Of a stretch of DNA of 64,000 nucleotides, positions 20,771-31,100 are shown one piece after another (the stretch's first letter is position 1; every line of letters starts with the position of its first letter). The notes below the pieces were generated by a model. That model saw nothing but the letters and a program-made list of their open reading frames with translations, did not search any database and was not told where the DNA came from. Origin of the DNA: an uncultured Candidatus Saccharibacteria bacterium (lineage in GTDB: Bacteria > Patescibacteriota > Doudnabacteria > UBA920). A program made the translations under genes and the position numbers. The stretch is taken from assembly GCA_964474825.1 (NCBI GenBank), contig CAYYWQ010000001.1, positions 1,130,184-1,194,183 on the forward strand, written 5' to 3'.

Positions 20771-23014
20771 ATGCTACTTTACCAGATTGCACCTCTGGTT
20801 GATTTTTTGAGCGGGAACAAACCATCTCGCTCCGCTTTGGATTCCTTCCTTCAGGGAAAGCTGAAGGCTGGGGCACATCCATTTTTCCTGATGCAACTCA
20901 TGATCTTCGTGTCTGCGTCTTGCCCGGATCGGGCGGACTATCTGACAGATGCGGGTATTAGGGCTTTGAAACGAGTGAAGGACCGTTTGCAACAAGTTCC
21001 TGATGTTCCAGGAACCGAAGTCCAGGATCCGTTGCAACGCATATACGATGCGCCCGATGTCCCTCGTAAGACTGACGAGGGTATTATCCACGGCGTCGTA
21101 ATTGAGTCCTGCATGAACCTCATCCAGTCAAAAGTCGGCGGATCAATCCCAACTAGCGGATGGAAGAATTGGATGGGGACCGTTAGTTTAATTTGTAAGC
21201 ATCCTCAATCGACAGTTGCCGTTTTGGACAACATCGTCCAATTGACCTCTGGAATGGTAGAGCAGGATAGTCGTTTCCCAAAAGGAATGGCAGAGATGTT
21301 TGAGGCTATCCAACAAGAATTCTTCCAGAGGAGAGCTCAGCAGATTGGACTGAAGCGCTTGGTTGGGGAATTGGTTGAAACATGGAGCTTGGATTCAGCT
21401 TATCGATTCTTCGCTCTGCTCGTTCATCTTTTCCTTGCGGCAACCGATCCCGCTCAACCGTTGGGTGCGGATGTTCCTGGGACCACGATCTTGCGGACAA
21501 TTTTGGAAATCAAGGACAAGTCTTTGACTCAAGCAAAAAAGGAAATCCTTGACTATCCTTTGTTTTCCGCTTCCGAAGCCGACACTGACTATGACACTTC
21601 CATGATTGTGTCGAGGGCGGCACAGGTACTTGTGGAGATGCTCAAGGCAGAGTTGCCGGCTGTCGAAACCGTCCATGCCATCGCTAAACTTCTGAAAACG
21701 GTTAATCGTACCAACCGTGAGCAGTGGGTGGCTTATCTCGCGTTTCAAGCCAAACCGACTCTTGGCATCGACCCGCGCAGCGCCGACCTTTTAGAGAGTC
21801 TGCTGGGAGCAGAAGCTTGGAAGGCTTTGTGTGAACTTTCCAACCCAAAACATTGGGGTACTAACGTCCAGGTCACTACCGGTTTTAGACTTTATACCGG
21901 CTTGGATACCACATCGGAGGAGTACCGAGTTTTTTTTGGGAAGCTCCGCGCCATCGACTTCGATCATCACAACACCAGATTGGCTGAACTGTTGGACCGT
22001 CAGGTTCACGCCTCGGACCATACGCCTAAAGAAGCCAAGGACGCTTGCGACCGAGTTGTAAATCTCCTCGCCGGTGACACCGTTTTCAACTCCACCCATC
22101 TCCGCTTGGAATGGATGCGAGTCAAGCGCCGCGCTGACGAATTTCTCGGCGCTCACATTCCGCGCATTGATGTTGCCGTTCATCCGAAGTTCGGAGAGAG
22201 CGGTACCGCTTGCAAGTTCCGGATTTTCTTTACGGAATTGCCTGACGACCAGATTAGCGGCCTTATGGGACCGGAAGGGGAGATTGAGTTCAATAATATT
22301 GTTCTCCTTACTCTTTTCGGTCGAGACGGGCTGCGCGCTGCAGTGCTTGAATCCCTCGGCGCTATCCTGATTCCGCGTTATCTTGAACGGATACCAAGTC
22401 CGTTGCGCGGCGGCTTTGGCGGCAACTTTACTGGCGAGGTTTGGGCAGCGCGTCCTGCCTACCATACGCTGATACAAGTCCAGGAGAATCCCGATCCTGT
22501 CGGGCCTTCCTTCGGCAACCGTATTAACCCGGAAATCGCCAGGCTCGTGTTCCTATGGCTAACAGGCGAGGCCGCGGACTGTCCTTTCCGTCTGTATCGT
22601 AAGGTCAAGGAGAAACCCGAAGGGGAACAAACCGAGGACACTTACTACGTCGGTTGGGATTCGGCGAAACACTACCTTCTCTCCGAGAAGGTGACGCTAT
22701 CGCAGGTTTACCTGCGCACTGTTCGGGCACATACCAAGCCGGTCGGTGTCAAAGTCGAAAACGACGGTACGGTTGTGGTGCGGCAAGTCAGCGACAGGGC
22801 CAAACGCAACTACCGGCGATTTTTGTCCGACACCGGGCGACAGCTCGACATGACTCCAGTTCGCAAGACCTGCGAGTTACCCGGCGGTGTGCGGATTGTT
22901 CTCACTCTGGAGCGTACCTTCAACCAAGGGACTTTCAACTCCCTGGACGAAGTCTGGGTAATGATCCCGGACTTAACCTTGAAGGCCGACGCGAAACGTA
23001 GCTTTAAATTCTGA
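20771..23014 (+). CDS. Hypothetical protein, 747 aa, no family recognised
   Basis: Long ORF; GAAGGAGG SD; visibly more GC-balanced than the flanking genes. Confidence 0.8.
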   Translation: MLLYQIAPLVDFLSGNKPSRSALDSFLQGKLKAGAHPFFLMQLMIFVSASCPDRADYLTDAGIRALKRVKDRLQQVPDVPGTEVQDPLQRIYDAPDVPRKTDEGIIHGVVIESCMNLIQSKVGGSIPTSGWKNWMGTVSLICKHPQSTVAVLDNIVQLTSGMVEQDSRFPKGMAEMFEAIQQEFFQRRAQQIGLKRLVGELVETWSLDSAYRFFALLVHLFLAATDPAQPLGADVPGTTILRTILEIKDKSLTQAKKEILDYPLFSASEADTDYDTSMIVSRAAQVLVEMLKAELPAVETVHAIAKLLKTVNRTNREQWVAYLAFQAKPTLGIDPRSADLLESLLGAEAWKALCELSNPKHWGTNVQVTTGFRLYTGLDTTSEEYRVFFGKLRAIDFDHHNTRLAELLDRQVHASDHTPKEAKDACDRVVNLLAGDTVFNSTHLRLEWMRVKRRADEFLGAHIPRIDVAVHPKFGESGTACKFRIFFTELPDDQISGLMGPEGEIEFNNIVLLTLFGRDGLRAAVLESLGAILIPRYLERIPSPLRGGFGGNFTGEVWAARPAYHTLIQVQENPDPVGPSFGNRINPEIARLVFLWLTGEAADCPFRLYRKVKEKPEGEQTEDTYYVGWDSAKHYLLSEKVTLSQVYLRTVRAHTKPVGVKVENDGTVVVRQVSDRAKRNYRRFLSDTGRQLDMTPVRKTCELPGGVRIVLTLERTFNQGTFNSLDEVWVMIPDLTLKADAKRSFKF

Positions 23015-23135
23015 TCCCACACATGGGGTTGGGGGCAAGTTCTTCGTGGACTTGCCTGACCTTTTAAGTTCGTAAATTTATTTGTGAATTTGAAAGGTAA
23101 AAAATTTTAACTTTGTATTAAGAACGGACTGCATG

Positions 23136-23166
23136 AAAAAAACTACCCGCAAGGGTAGTTTTTTGT
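23136..23166. terminator. Bidirectional terminator between convergent genes
   Basis: AAAAAACTACCC-GCAA-GGGTAGTTTTTT. Confidence 0.85.
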
Positions 23167-23186
23167 ATATCAAACTTTATTTAATT

Positions 23187-24395
23187 TTACATTTGGTCGG
23201 GAGCGGAGGGGTAGTTTTGAAGTTCTTGGTCGGTTACGATTTGTATGTTGGCAACGCTTAGGCCTAAGCGGTAAAATACAGTCATGGAAGGGATGCCGCT
23301 TTTTTGTCCGTTTATTATTAGGTAGACAGTTGGGTTAGTTGCAGTTTTTATTGCCGCTCCATTTTGTGCCATGACAGGCATGCTGCTGAGTAGGGAGGAG
23401 TCAAACTGGGTAGGGGAAATTGTTTGGACTTGCGACCACTGGTATCCGCGGTTTAAGAATGAGTCGGCGGAGTTAAATGGCGCGTACTGCCCGTTTGTTA
23501 CAAGGTAAATTGTGGGAGTGCCACTCACCTGGATTAATGAGCCATTGGCAAAAGATGAGTTTGGCATTTGGATGCTGCCGGAAGGTGAGGTGGAAGCCTG
23601 AGTAACAGTGAAAGGGATGGTGTAAGTATTTCCGTTTGAGGAAACCGTAATGTTGTAGGTTCCGGGAGTTATAACATTGGAGGTAGTAGGGCAGGTGCCC
23701 GCCGCGGTGGTGGTTGTAGCATTATTGGTTATTGTGGCGGGGTAGAGCGACGAAGAACATGGCTGCGTGTAAGTCGGTACTGTAAACTGTAAAGCACTGC
23801 CGTTTGAATTTCCGGTTGCGGAAATGTAAGATCCGTTACCAAACTGGATGCTGGGGTTTGGGTAAGTCGGAAAACCGGATCCGTTTAGGGTAACTACGCT
23901 GCCCGGTGCTCCGGAGTTGGAACTCAAGGAAAAATTCGATGGCGCGTTAGAGGTTGGGGTAAAGGAGGGGACAGTAATAATTTGTGAGCTTGTGCCGGTT
24001 GCCGCAAAAGCCTGGTTACCGTTTCCGGAAATATTTAATAAATATTGTCCAGAAGGAATTATCCTGCCGGTAACATCCGTGGCAACATTCCCATTGTAGT
24101 AGCCGTTGTTGGGAACACCTGCGGCAATTTGGTAAGGAGAAGTCCCGTAACAAGTTACTGTTGTGCCATTCATGGGGCACGAAGTTGAAGAGTACGGCAC
24201 TAAAGAAATATTTGCGTTGGTGGAGGTTGAAGAGTACGGCACTGTCCAGTTAATGCTTTGGCTGTTTCCGCTATACCAAGTTTGGCCGCCATTGGTGCTC
24301 GGGGCCGGGAGTATAATCGGGCCGGTATCGGCGGAAGCTTTTAGTGTAAAGCTTAAAGCCAAAACCGCGGCTACTAAAAGATATTTTATTTTCAT
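23187..24395 (-). CDS. Secreted Ser/Thr-rich surface protein with IPT/TIG-like domain and C-terminal short repeats
   Basis: Signal peptide (..LKASA/DT); SGAPGSVVTLNGSGF..PGTYNITV Ig-like motif; two PT[IV]YL[VI]xNGQ repeats. Confidence 0.8.
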   Translation of the reverse strand: MKIKYLLVAAVLALSFTLKASADTGPIILPAPSTNGGQTWYSGNSQSINWTVPYSSTSTNANISLVPYSSTSCPMNGTTVTCYGTSPYQIAAGVPNNGYYNGNVATDVTGRIIPSGQYLLNISGNGNQAFAATGTSSQIITVPSFTPTSNAPSNFSLSSNSGAPGSVVTLNGSGFPTYPNPSIQFGNGSYISATGNSNGSALQFTVPTYTQPCSSSLYPATITNNATTTTAAGTCPTTSNVITPGTYNITVSSNGNTYTIPFTVTQASTSPSGSIQMPNSSFANGSLIQVSGTPTIYLVTNGQYAPFNSADSFLNRGYQWSQVQTISPTQFDSSLLSSMPVMAQNGAAIKTATNPTVYLIINGQKSGIPSMTVFYRLGLSVANIQIVTDQELQNYPSAPDQM

Positions 24396-24468
24396 ATCTT
24401 TTTTCCTTTCGCGACTTGTGCGTGCTAATTTAATTTAACGCTGTACAAGTCCAGATTAATATTTTTAC

Positions 24469-24606
24469 AAAAAAACAAAACCGCACAATTAAATAAGATT
24501 GTCCGGTTTCGCCACTAGCCCTGCCCGCCATAATTTTTTAAATTTAGGCGGGCTATCTGTGATTATAAGGCGGCCAAATAATAAATCGCAGGTTACGGGC
24601 TTACAG
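24469..24606 (-). ncRNA. c-di-GMP-II-like riboswitch candidate with overlapping intrinsic terminator
   Basis: AAGCCC..loop TGGCCGCC..GGGCTAGTGGCGAAACCGG resembles the class II core (TGGGCAC..GCTAGTAGTGCAACC); terminator hairpin plus U-tract follows. Confidence 0.6.
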
Positions 24607-24755
24607 TTTTATTAAATTTTAACAATTCTGCACCTTGTTTTAATATAACGCAAAGCATGTTTTATTGTTTCGTCCTGAGTTAAGAATAATTTTGAGGTCA
24701 TTTTTTCTTTAACACATTTTGTGAAAATTTAAGGACATGATATAAGGCCAAATTA

Positions 24756-24784
24756 TTGACATAAGGGCTAAAATTTGCTATACT
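24756..24784 (+). promoter_or_regulatory. Promoter of the HTH/giant protein operon
   Basis: TTGACA-N17-TATACT with an extended -10 TG. Confidence 0.8.
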
Positions 24785-24933
24785 TATGAGGTATAAAGTA
24801 TCGGCTAGCCTATAGTGTATCGTAAAAGCAAAGCAGGCGTGCTGATAAACAACAGTGAAACAAAAAAACAATTAAATATCTACTCTGTTGCCTCCAAAAT
24901 TTTGAGGCGCGGAAGAGTGTCTAGAACGCCTGT

Positions 24934-25188
24934 ATGTCACCGCTGCAAAAACAGCTAATGGCGGCGTCGGACCAGCTTATTGGCGTAAGCCAAGCAGCGC
25001 GTCTGACTCCTTACTCGGCTGAATATTTAAGTTTACTTGCCCGCAAAGGCAAACTCAATGCTGTAAAAATTAACCGCGACTGGGTTACTACTCCCCAGGC
25101 GGTTTTAAGTTATGTAAAAAAACAGGAACGCAAACACTCAAAAATCTTAAAGGGGCTACAAGAAGCGGAAAGGACAATAGCTCCGTGA
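24934..25188 (+). CDS. Small helix-turn-helix protein (MerR/excisionase-like winged HTH)
   Basis: LIGVSQAARLTPYSAEYLSLLARKGKLNAVKINRDWVTT; stop overlaps the next start (GTGA). Confidence 0.8.
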   Translation: MSPLQKQLMAASDQLIGVSQAARLTPYSAEYLSLLARKGKLNAVKINRDWVTTPQAVLSYVKKQERKHSKILKGLQEAERTIAP

Positions 25189-28100
25189 AAATAAAACTTG
25201 AAAAAAATAAAATCCCCAGAACAGCAAGCCATTTCAAAAAACGGAAGGTTTTGGCTGGAAAAGCTAAAAACTCAGCGGACACTATGGAGCAAAAGATTAA
25301 ACAAATATTTAAAGTTCCGGGTGAGGTTTCCAAGAAAAAGATTGCCAAGCGGAAAATTATAACAAAAGACATACTGCCGGTTATAGACGTTGAGTCTCCG
25401 GAGTTTGCAAAGATGGTGGAAATTTTTCCGGCATCGCGTTTGAAGGACGCGGTTATTCAGGGCAGTAAAATTTTGCTTAAGCCAATTAAGGTTCCAACCT
25501 TTGCCAAAGCAGGAGCCTTGCTTTTGCTTTTAAGTTTTGGAGTTTACGGCGCGACTTTAAGCAAAAATTATTTGGAGCAGGGTTTGCTTAAACAGTTGGC
25601 CAGTAAGCAGCAGGCCGCTAAACCTGTTGCGCAAAATAAAATAAATCCAAAAATTAAAGATGGCGCAATAGCCAAGTTAAGCCGGGCTGTGCCAAGAGTT
25701 TTGGGGGAGTCCACAACCTCTCAATCAAATTCAAATCTGCCTGCGCAAATTAGAAATATTTTAGACCAGTATATTAAAGAAGGAAAAATTACAGGACAAA
25801 AAGGCGAGCCGGGGGAACCTGGACGAGCAGGAGGTTCTGTTGTTGGTTCAGCCCCTATAATTTATTATCCGCCAAATCCTTCCCAAAATTTTACCGGCGG
25901 TACTTATTTGGGTGTTACAAATCTTTCTTCCCAAAATCATACGGTTACCAATAATTTAACCGTAAGCGGCAATACGACCATTGCCGGCGCTTTGAATGTT
26001 TCAAATTTTTCCATAAATGGAATAACCGTGGCCGGAAGCGCGCAGTGGGCCGCGGACGGAAATAATATTTCTTACAGCCGAGGAAATGTGAGTGTTGGTA
26101 CGGCCAGTTCTTCCGGACAACTTACGGTGTTAGACAGCGCCGCGGGAAGTTACTACGGCAGCGAGCTGGTGAACAACGGTAATTTTTCCGGAAGCACTGA
26201 AGGCTGGACTTTAGGAGATTCCTGGGGTTATTCAACTAATGGCGTAGGTTTTGTTGCCCCGGTTTTTTCCGGTGCTGTAACTCGGTTTAGCGCTACAGAG
26301 TCGGCCGGAAGCGGGTATAGTGTGGGTGATGTTTTAACTTTACTCCCCGGCACGTCTGACCCTGCGGGCACAGGTGGGACAATTACTGTAACCGCTGTGG
26401 CAACAAACGGACAAATAGAAAGCATGAGGGGAATGGAAGCCATCGGTCGGGATTATAACGTAAATCAGATTGTAGATGTTGTGGGTGGCAGCGGCAGCGG
26501 CGCGCAACTTTTAATTACCAATATGGACGGTGAAGGAGGTGTAGAAGATTTTGTAATTCAAAATCCAGGCAGCGGTTATTCTTCGGGTTGTGATACTTAC
26601 GAAGTAGAGGGCACCAGCGGGCATGATTTCCGGCCAATACTTTGCGCAGGCAGCAGTGGCGGCGTGGTTAGTTTTACTTTGAGAAGCGGGGGAAGCGGGT
26701 ATTTGGAAGAAGAGCATAATACCAGCGGCGGCCATGGCAGCGGGTTTGTTGCCAACATTCGTGAGGTTTCCGCTTTGGGAACCATTGATTTAATCCCGGG
26801 GTTTGACGACGGCCATTACGGCACTGGCTACCATGTAGGTGACGTGTTAACTGTTTTGCCAGGCATAGGTGACAACGAAGCCAGCGGCGGCACGTTGACC
26901 GTAACCGAAGTTTCCAACGGAGAAATATTTGCCTCTTCCATTCAGAACGACGGCATTGGTTACCAAGTAGGCGACGTGCTTACTATTCCTGGTGGCACCG
27001 GCGGGGAATATACTGTTAGCGGAATAGACGAAGCCGGTGACGGACATATTGAAAGCATTGCCGGCATAAATGGCGCTGACCAAATGGGCAGCGGTTATGA
27101 GCGAGGGGACATTTTAAATGTAGCGGCCGGCACCGGTGGGCAAATTACTATTGACGCGGTTTTAGACGGCCAGGTTTTCTTTGCTTTTCCGGAAACAGTT
27201 GCCAATGCCGGTAGCGGCTACGCGGCAGATGACATAATTACAGTAAACGGTGGTGACGGACCTGTAGATTTAATTATTGTAGAAGTTGCAAACGACAGTT
27301 TAGGATTATGGGAACCCAATACCGCAGACGGCAACAACGGAGTTACTGCTTCGGGTACTGGTTATAGTGTAGGTGATATTGTAAATGTTGATGGCGGCAG
27401 TGGAGGACAATTATATGTACAAGTCGTAGACGAAAATGGTGGTGTGCAAAGCTATAGTGTTTATGAAAATGGAAGCGGCTACACGCTGGGATATAACGCC
27501 TATGCTACTTCTTATGGCGGCAGCGGCACGGGTTTTGTGGCAAATGTAGGTGTGCTCCCCGAAGGTGGGGTTCTGTTTGCGGAAAGTAACAGCAGTCATA
27601 ACGGCACCGGTTACACTTCCGGAAATTACAGCGTAACAGGCGGCAGCGGCAGTGGTTTCTCGCCAATGGTACTGGCTGGAGATATAAGTTTTGGTTTTTT
27701 CACAGAGGCGAATATTCATAATCCGGGCAGCGGGTATGTGCCGGGGGATATAATTACTATTTCCGGCGGCAGTGGCGCTAAAATAATCATAGCCGGTACC
27801 AATAGCAGTGGCGGCGTAACAGACTGGAATCTTTATAAACCTGGCACAGGCTATACCGCGGGCTACGCTACTCATTCTACAACGGGTGGGTCGGGAACAG
27901 GTTTTAGTATGGATTTAGGTTTTCCAGATTTTGGCGGAATTGTGGATTCTGAGCTTACAGAAGCCGGCAGCGGCTATGCTTATGGAGTCCACCTGGCTCT
28001 CGGCGGCCATGGCAGCGGTTATATGCCTTTGCTAAATACTGAAAGTGAGTTGGGCGAACTGCAGTATAATGACTATCAACCTGTAAACGGCGGCAGTGGG

Positions 28101-31100
28101 TACCAAGTTGGGGATTTAGTAGATGTTTCCGGCGGCACCGGCGGTAAAGTTTTTGTCACTAGTGTTTCCCCAAGTGGTGCTGTAAGGACTATCTACATTG
28201 CCAGAAACGGCACAGGGTATGCTTCTGACTGGGCTTATAGGTCAACAACCGGCGGTTCAGGTACGGGCTTGTTAATTAACGCTTTTGCCAGGAATTATCA
28301 CAACAATGCAATAACCGCAGGTTCTATTACTTCAGCTGGCAGTGGCTATACCAGCGGGACTAATTTAACTTTAAGCGGCGGCTCAGGCAGCGGCGCCACA
28401 ATAAATATTACTGCTACTGGTTTAGGCGGAGCAATAAGTGAGGTAGATGTTACAACCGGGGGCTCTAATTATATTGCCGGGAATCATGCAGTTTCCGGCG
28501 GCCACGGTGCCGGCGCAGTGCCATTCCTGGCAGTTGAATCTGCCGCAGGCGGTAACCTCGTCCAGGATTTATCAATAGAATCCGGCCGTCGTTACCGAGT
28601 AAAATTCACTCTTTCAGGCGAAGAAGAGGGTTGTGTAAGCGTATTTTTAGGGGGAGCGCTTGTCTCAGGTGACAGTTTCTGCGGCGACACAATTGCTGAG
28701 GTAATAGTTGAGGCAGTTAACAGTAACGGTTTAATTTTTTCTCCTTCTTCCGATTTTATTGGCAACATTAGTCATGTTTCTGTTACCCAGCTTAAGCCTG
28801 GCGCGACCGCCGTTTCTATTGTAAACAGTAACAGCGGAAAAGTTTTGGGAATTTCAACAGGAATTTCCGGTGACAACATTTTCTTTGGCCAGGAGTCCGG
28901 AGGGTTTAATACTGACGGTTTAGGTAATGCGACTTTGGGTTATCAAACTTTATACAACAACGCAGAGGGCAGCAACAATTTGGCTCTTGGCTACCAGGCT
29001 GGTTTTAGTAATGCTAACGGCAGCAATAATATTTTTATTGGCAACCAGGCCGGTTACTCGGAAACCGGTTCCAATAAATTATATATTTCAAATAGTTCCA
29101 GTTCGCCACTAATATATGGCGATCTCACTGCCGGTCTTTTAGGTATTAACACCATAAATCCCAATGCCACTTTGGACGTTTTGGGTAACCCGGCCCAAAC
29201 AGGAACCGGCACTATTTCCGACGACGGCGACGGGAATATTACAGGCACCGGCACAGCTTTTACCACAGAGCTGCATAGAGGCGACATTGTAAGAGACAGT
29301 AATGGTGAAGAGGCAATTGTTATATATATAGAGAGCGATACCGTTATGCAGGTATCTAAAAATCTAAATGGTGACACAGACCAAACCTTTACATATAAAC
29401 ATCCCGTACTAAATGTTACTAATTACGGTGCGGATTTCCCCGCGCTTTCTGTTTCCGCAAGAGGGGGTTTGTCCAGCCTTAATAGTTATTCCTATGCCGG
29501 AGGCGTGAGCAGTATTGCCTGGGGAGACGACAACCTGGCCAGCGGTGACTATGCCGCGGCTTTTGGCTCCACCAATGCGGCTGGTGGTAATTTTTCTTTT
29601 ACTGCTGGTCTTGGCAATATTGTAGAAGGAGATGCGTCCGCGGCTTTTGGGTGGGGTAACAGTGTTTTTGGTCCTAATTCTTTGGCTCTTGGCAAATTTA
29701 ACTCAGTCCATGGTAATACTTCCATGGTGTTTGGTGAGAATATGCAGGTGGACGGCAGTAATTCTGTGGGTATTAACTTAAACTACTATGAGTATCCAAA
29801 CCTTACCCGTGACAATACCATGGCTATTATGGGAGGCAATGTGGGGATTGGTACAACAACGCCCGATGTGGCTCTTTCTGTGCAGGGGGACATAAACCTC
29901 ACGGGCAACATTTACAAAAACGGCAGCCTGTTTGGTGGCGGCGACAGTGCCTGGTCAACAACCTTAGGCAGTGACCTATATTTTGATGCCGGGAATGTTG
30001 GAATTGGCACGAGCAATCCAGCGGCTAATTTACATGTTTATGGGGAAGGCTCCGGTGAATTTACAGGAGGTTATGAGTCAGTTTTGGCTATTGAGTCCGC
30101 GGATGCTAACCCTTGGGCGCTTTCTATAAGAAGGCAAGATATAGGCGCTAGTTCCGACATTTCCTTATACAACAACGGTGACGAAACCACTGGCGACTGG
30201 CGCTTTGCCGTTGGCGACGGTGCCGATTCTTATTACACCCCGGTAGACATAAATAAGTATGGGCTAACTATTGGTGAGCAAGGTTTGGTTGGCGGCAATG
30301 CTTTAGCTATTTCTCCGGACGTTGGTGGCGGGATGCTTTATGGAACTATATCGGCTCCTGTGCCGTTTGCCTGGTCTTTGGGTTATACAAGCGATGTTAC
30401 GGTAACTTCAACCCCTGTTATAACTTGGAATGGTTTAGGGAAGGTTGGTATTGGTACTACTACTCCGGCTGCCCTGTTTGATATTCGTGGTTCAGATGGT
30501 TCTATTGGTAGCGGCCTTATTGCTGACGACGGTGACGGAAATATTACGGGAACTGATACAGCTTTTCTTGCTGAATTACAAGTAGGCGACTCTATTGAAT
30601 TCTATGGGGCTAACGCTCCCGGAATAATTACGGAAATAATTGATGATACTCATATGATAGTAAGCCATGTCCATACAGACCCGTTTATAGACTCAGGATT
30701 TAATTATCAAAGCCCTTTGCTGAGTGTAAGTAATGCTTATGAGGGCCTGCTTAATGTATATGGTTTAACCAACAGCGCAAGCTTAGGTGTAGGTAGTTTA
30801 GTTTCCGGTGGTTACTCTTATGCCCTGGGTGCATATAATACAGTTACTTCTCCATATACCGAAGGACCGGGCGGAGTTGCTATTGGCGGCGGTAATACAA
30901 TTTCTTCAGTGCTCGCTTCCGCAATTGGCGTGAACAACACAGTTACTGGAGACAGCTCAAATGCCTATGGTCTTTATAATACAGTTTCCGGACAAGATGC
31001 TTTTGCGATTGGCCGTTATTTGAACGCTACAAGCACGGGCGGATTTGTTTTAGGGTCAGGATATTCTTACGACCATTTATTAACCAACACCATAGACAGC

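Noticed and set aside
21791-22477. 228-aa antisense ORF and other shadow ORFs inside long genes
   Set aside because: Fully overlapped by longer, better-supported genes; no motifs or initiation signals
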